Assembly: GCA_040954595.2 (NCBI GenBank)
Contig: CM082596.2
Location: 4,482,081-4,546,080, forward strand
DNA from: Balanoglossus misakiensis
Lineage: Eukaryota > Animalia > Hemichordata
DNA length: 64,000 nucleotides
Reading direction: 5' to 3'
The translations under genes were made by a program, and so were the position numbers. Below the pieces are notes generated by a model, which was given only the letters and a program-made list of their open reading frames with translations, was not told where the DNA came from and made no database searches. How positions within the stretch are numbered: position 1 is the first letter of the stretch; each line of letters starts with the position of its first letter. Below, piece by piece: positions 59,501-64,000 of the stretch.

Positions 59501-62500
59501 CGATTTTTGAAAAAACCATGGGTTATAGCTCAGGAAAATCGTCAAAAAATGAGAATTTTTGGACTTTGCGGATTTTCAAAATTTGGTCGATTTTTGAAAA
59601 AACCATGGGTTATAGCTCAGGAAAATCGTCAAAAAATGAGAATTTTTGGACTTTGCGGATTTTCAAAATTTGGTCGATTTTTGAAAAAACCATGGGTTAT
59701 AGCTCAGGAAAATCGTCAAAAAATGAGAATTTTTGGACTTTGCGGATTTTCAAAATTTGGTCGATTTTTGAAAAAACCATGGGTTATAGCTCAGGAAAAT
59801 CGTCAAAAAATGAGAATTTTTGGACTTTGCGGATTTTCAAAATTTGGTCGATTTTTGAAAAAACCATGGGTTATAGCTCAGGAAAATCGTCAAAAAAATG
59901 AGAATTTTTGGACTTTGCGGATTTTCAAAATTTGGTCGATTTTTTGAAAAACCATGGGTTATAGCTCAGGAAAATCGTCAAAAAATGAGAATTTTTGGAC
60001 TTTGCGGATTTTCAAAATTTGGTCGATTTTTGAAAAAACCATGGGTTATAGCTCAGGAAAATCGTCAAAAAATGAGAATTTTTGGACTTTGCGGATTTTC
60101 AAAATTTGGTCGATTTTTGAAAAAACCATGGGTTATAGCTCAGGAAAATCGTCAAAAATGAGAATTTTTGGACTTTGCGGATTTTCAAAATTTGGTCGAT
60201 TTTTGAAAAAACCATGGGTTATAGCTCAGGAAAATCGTCAAAAAATGAGAATTTTTGGACTTTGCGGATTTTCAAAATTTGGTCGATTTTTGAAAAAACC
60301 ATGGGTTATAGCTCAGGAAAATCGTCAAAAAATGAGAATTTTTGGACTTTGCGGATTTTCAAAATTTGGTCGATTTTTGAAAAAACCATGGGTTATAGCT
60401 CAGGAAAATCGTCAAAAAATGAGAATTTTTGGACTTTGCGGATTTTCAAAATTTGGTCGATTTTTGAAAAAAACCATGGGTTATAGCTCAGGAAAATCGT
60501 CAAAAAATGAGAATTTTTGGACTTTGCGGATTTTCAAAATTTGGTCGATTTTTGAAAAAACCATGGGTTATAGCTCAGGAAAATCGTCAAAAAATGAGAA
60601 TTTTTGGACTTTGCGGATTTTCAAAATTTGGTCGATTTTTGAAAAAACCATGGGTTATAGCTCAGGAAAATCGTCAAAAAATGAGAATTTTTGGACTTTG
60701 CGGATTTTCAAAATTTGGTCGATTTTTGAAAAAACCATGGGTTATAGCTCAGGAAAATCGTCAAAAAATGAGAATTTTTGGACTTTGCGGATTTTCAAAA
60801 TTTGGTCGATTTTTGAAAAAACCATGGGTTATAGCTCAGGAAAATCGTCAAAAAATGAGAATTTTTGGACTTGCGGATTTTCAAAATTTGGTCGATTTTT
60901 GAAAAAACCATGGGTTATAGCTCAGGAAAATCGTCAAAAAATGAGAATTTTTGGACTTTGCGGATTTTCAAAATTTGGTCGATTTTTGAAAAAACCATGG
61001 GTTATAGCTCAGGAAATCGTCAAAAAATGAGAATTTTTGGACTTTGCGGATTTTCAAAATTTGGTCGATTTTTGAAAAAACCATGGGTTATAGCTCAGGA
61101 AAATCGTCAAAAAATGAGAATTTTTGGACTTTGCGGATTTTCAAAATTTGGTCGATTTTTGAAAAAACCATGGGTTATAGCTCAGGAAAATCGTCAAAAA
61201 ATGAGAATTTTTGGACTTTGCGGATTTTCAAAATTTGGTCGATTTTGAAAAAACCATGGGTTATAGCTCAGGAAAATCGTCAAAAAATGAGAATTTTTGG
61301 ACTTTGCGGATTTTCAAAATTTGGTCGATTTTTGAAAAAACCATGGGTTATAGCTCAGAAAATCGTCAAAAAATGAGAATTTTTGGACTTTGCGGATTTT
61401 CAAATTTGGTCGATTTTTGAAAAAACCATGGGTTATAGCTCAGGAAAATCGTCAAAAAATGAGAATTTTTGGACTTTGCGGATTTTCAAAATTTGGTCGA
61501 TTTTTGAAAAAACCATGGGTTATAGCTCAGGAAAATCGTCAAAAAATGAGAATTTTTGGACTTTGCGGATTTTCAAAATTTGGTCGATTTTTGAAAAACC
61601 ATGGGTTATAGCTCAGGAAAATCGTCAAAAATGAGAATTTTTGGACTTTGCGGATTTTCAAAATTTGGTCGATTTTGAAAAAACCATGGGTTATAGCTCA
61701 GGAAAATCGTCAAAAAATGAGAATTTTTGGACTTTGCGGATTTTCAAAATTTGGTCGATTTTTGAAAAAACCATGGGTTATAGCTCAGGAAAATCGTCAA
61801 AAAATGAGAATTTTTGGACTTTGCGGATTTTCAAAATTTGGTCGATTTTTGAAAAACCATGGGTTATAGCTCAGGAAAATCGTCAAAAAATGAGAATTTT
61901 TGGACTTTGCGGATTTTCAAAATTTGGTCGATTTTTGAAAAAACCATGGGTTATAGCTCAGGAAAATCGTCAAAAAATGAGAATTTTTGGACTTTGCGGA
62001 TTTTCAAAATTTGGTCGATTTTTGAAAAAACCATGGGTTATAGCTCAGGAAAATCGTCAAAAAATGAGAATTTTTGGACTTTGCGGATTTTCAAAATTTG
62101 GTCGATTTTTGAAAAAACCATGGGTTATAGCTCAGGAAAATCGTCAAAAAATGAGAATTTTTGGACTTTGCGGATTTTCAAAATTTGGTCGATTTTTGAA
62201 AAAACCATGGGTTATAGCTCAGGAAAATCGTCAAAAAATGAGAATTTTTGGACTTTGCGGATTTTCAAAATTTGGTCGATTTTTGAAAAAAACCATGGGT
62301 TATAGCTCAGGAAAATCGTCAAAAAATGAGAATTTTTGGACTTTGCGGATTTTCAAAATTTGGTCGATTTTTGAAAAAACCATGGGTTATAGCTCAGGAA
62401 AATCGTCAAAAAATGAGAATTTTTGGACTTTGCGGATTTTCAAAATTTGGTCGATTTTTGAAAAAACCATGGGTTATAGCTCAGGAAAATCGTCAAAAAA

Positions 62501-64000
62501 TGAGAATTTTTGGACTTTGCGGATTTTCAAAATTTGGTCGATTTTTGAAAAAACCATGGGTTATAGCTCAGGAAAATCGTCAAAAAATGAGAATTTTTGG
62601 ACTTTGCGGATTTTCAAAATTTGGTCGATTTTTGAAAAAACCATGGGTTATAGCTCAGGAAAATCGTCAAAAATGAGAATTTTTGGACTTTGCGGATTTT
62701 CAAAATTTGGTCGATTTTTGAAAAAACCATGGGTTATAGCTCAGGAAAATCGTCAAAAAATGAGAATTTTTGGACTTTGCGGATTTTCAAAATTTGGTCG
62801 ATTTTTGAAAAAACCATGGGTTATAGCTCAGGAAAATCGTCAAAAAATGAGAATTTTTGGACTTTGCGGATTTTCAAAATTTGGTCGATTTTTGAAAAAC
62901 CATGGGTTATAGCTCAGGAAAATCGTCAAAAAATGAGAATTTTTGGACTTTGCGGATTTTCAAAATTTGGTCGATTTTTGAAAAAACCATGGGTTATAGC
63001 TCAGGAAAATCGTCAAAAAATGAGAATTTTTGGACTTTGCGGATTTTCAAAATTTGGTCGATTTTTGAAAAAACCATGGGTTATAGCTCAGGAAAATCGT
63101 CAAAAAATGAGAATTTTTGGACTTTGCGGATTTTCAAAATTTGGTCGATTTTTGAAAAAAACCATGGGTTATAGCTCAGGAAAATCGTCAAAAAATGAGA
63201 ATTTTTGGACTTTGCGGATTTTCAAAATTTGGTCGATTTTTGAAAAAACCATGGGTTATAGCTCAGGAAAATCGTCAAAAATGAGAATTTTTGGACTTTG
63301 CGGATTTTCAAAATTTGGTCGATTTTTGAAAAAACCATGGGTTACAGCTCAGGAAAATCGTCAAAAAATGAGAATTTTTGGACTTTGCGGATTTTCAAAA
63401 TTTGGTCGATTTTTGAAAAAACCATGGGTTACAGCTCAGGAAAATCGTCAAAAAATGAGAATTTTTGGACTTTGCGGATTTTCAAAATTTGGTCGATTTT
63501 TGAAAAAACCATGGGTTATAGCTCAGGAAAATCGTCAAAAAATGAGAATTTTTGGACTTTGCGGATTTTCAAAATTTGGTCGATTTTTGAAAAAACCATG
63601 GGTTACAGCTCAGGAAATCGTCAAAAAATGAGAATTTTTGGACTTTACTGTCACGAGGATGATTCAAAATTTGGTCGATTTTTGAAAAAACCATGGGTTA
63701 CAGCTCAGAAAATCGTCAAAAAATGAGAATTTTGGACTTGCGGATTTTCAAAATTTGGTCGATTTTTGAAAAAACCATGGGTTACAGCTCAGGAAAATCG
63801 TCAAAAAATGAGAATTTTTGGACTTTGCGGATTTTCAAAATTTGGTCGATTTTTGAAAAAACCATGGGTTACAGCTCAGGAAAATCGTCAAAAAATGAGA
63901 ATTTTTGGACTTTGCGGATTTTCAAAATTTGGTCGATTTTTGAAAAAAACCATGGGTTACAGCTCAGGAAAATCGTCAAAAAATGAGAATTTTTGGACTT
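47590..64000. repeat. 87-bp tandem satellite array (~16.4 kb, ~190 monomers, runs off the window end)
   Basis: Main consensus CCATGGGTTATAGCTCAGGAAAATCGTCAAAAAATGAGAATTTTTGGACTTTGCGGATTTTCAAAATTTGGTCGATTTTTGAAAAAA (87 bp, one NcoI site per unit); a diverged ~88-bp A-type is interleaved in the first 1.8 kb. Confidence 0.99.

Noticed and set aside
47904-63986. Long ORFs (up to 896 aa) of repeated MGYSSGKSSKNENF... and KKPWVIAQENRQK... units
   Set aside because: The 87-bp unit is 29 codons and happens to lack stops in two frames; frames swap at every homopolymer indel and there is no unique domain or splice structure.
47590-64000. CRISPR array or telomeric repeat (GGGTTA occurs in each unit)
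   Set aside because: No unique spacers and no cas genes in a eukaryotic locus; only a single GGGTTA per 87 bp, not tandem TTAGGG.

Overview
Intron-containing animal genomic DNA, most likely from an invertebrate deuterostome (hemichordate/echinoderm/amphioxus-like; inferred from gene content and repeat types). The first ~47.5 kb hold five protein-coding genes whose exons I reconstructed by hand with GT-AG junctions and consistent phases: a single-coding-exon class A peptide GPCR of the urotensin-II/somatostatin/MCH receptor group (5794-6897, +), B3GALNT2 (12 exons, 18164-22172, -), a head-to-head F-box/WD40 gene (11 coding exons, 23043-26199, +), the secretory-pathway tyrosine kinase PKDCC/VLK (7 coding exons, 28573-37440, +) and an EHD/RME-1 ATPase (2 exons, 42173-46507, -). 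From ~47590 to the window end (~16.4 kb, roughly 190 units) is an 87-bp tandem satellite; all long ORFs there are by-products of its 29-codon period. The most notable non-genic signals are: (i) a 5'-truncated Penelope-like retroelement in PKDCC intron 2 carrying an intact minimal hammerhead ribozyme; (ii) a euchromatin-to-satellite boundary in which the EHD promoter, a 70-bp hairpin MITE with a 9-bp target-site duplication, a tRNA-like A/B-box element and a diverged proto-monomer lie within ~1 kb of the array; (iii) ordered layering of satellite variants (A3-B2-A3-B8-A3, then progressively homogenised B). I found no evidence of a wholly new multi-gene system; family assignments of repeats rest on recalled motifs and need database confirmation.
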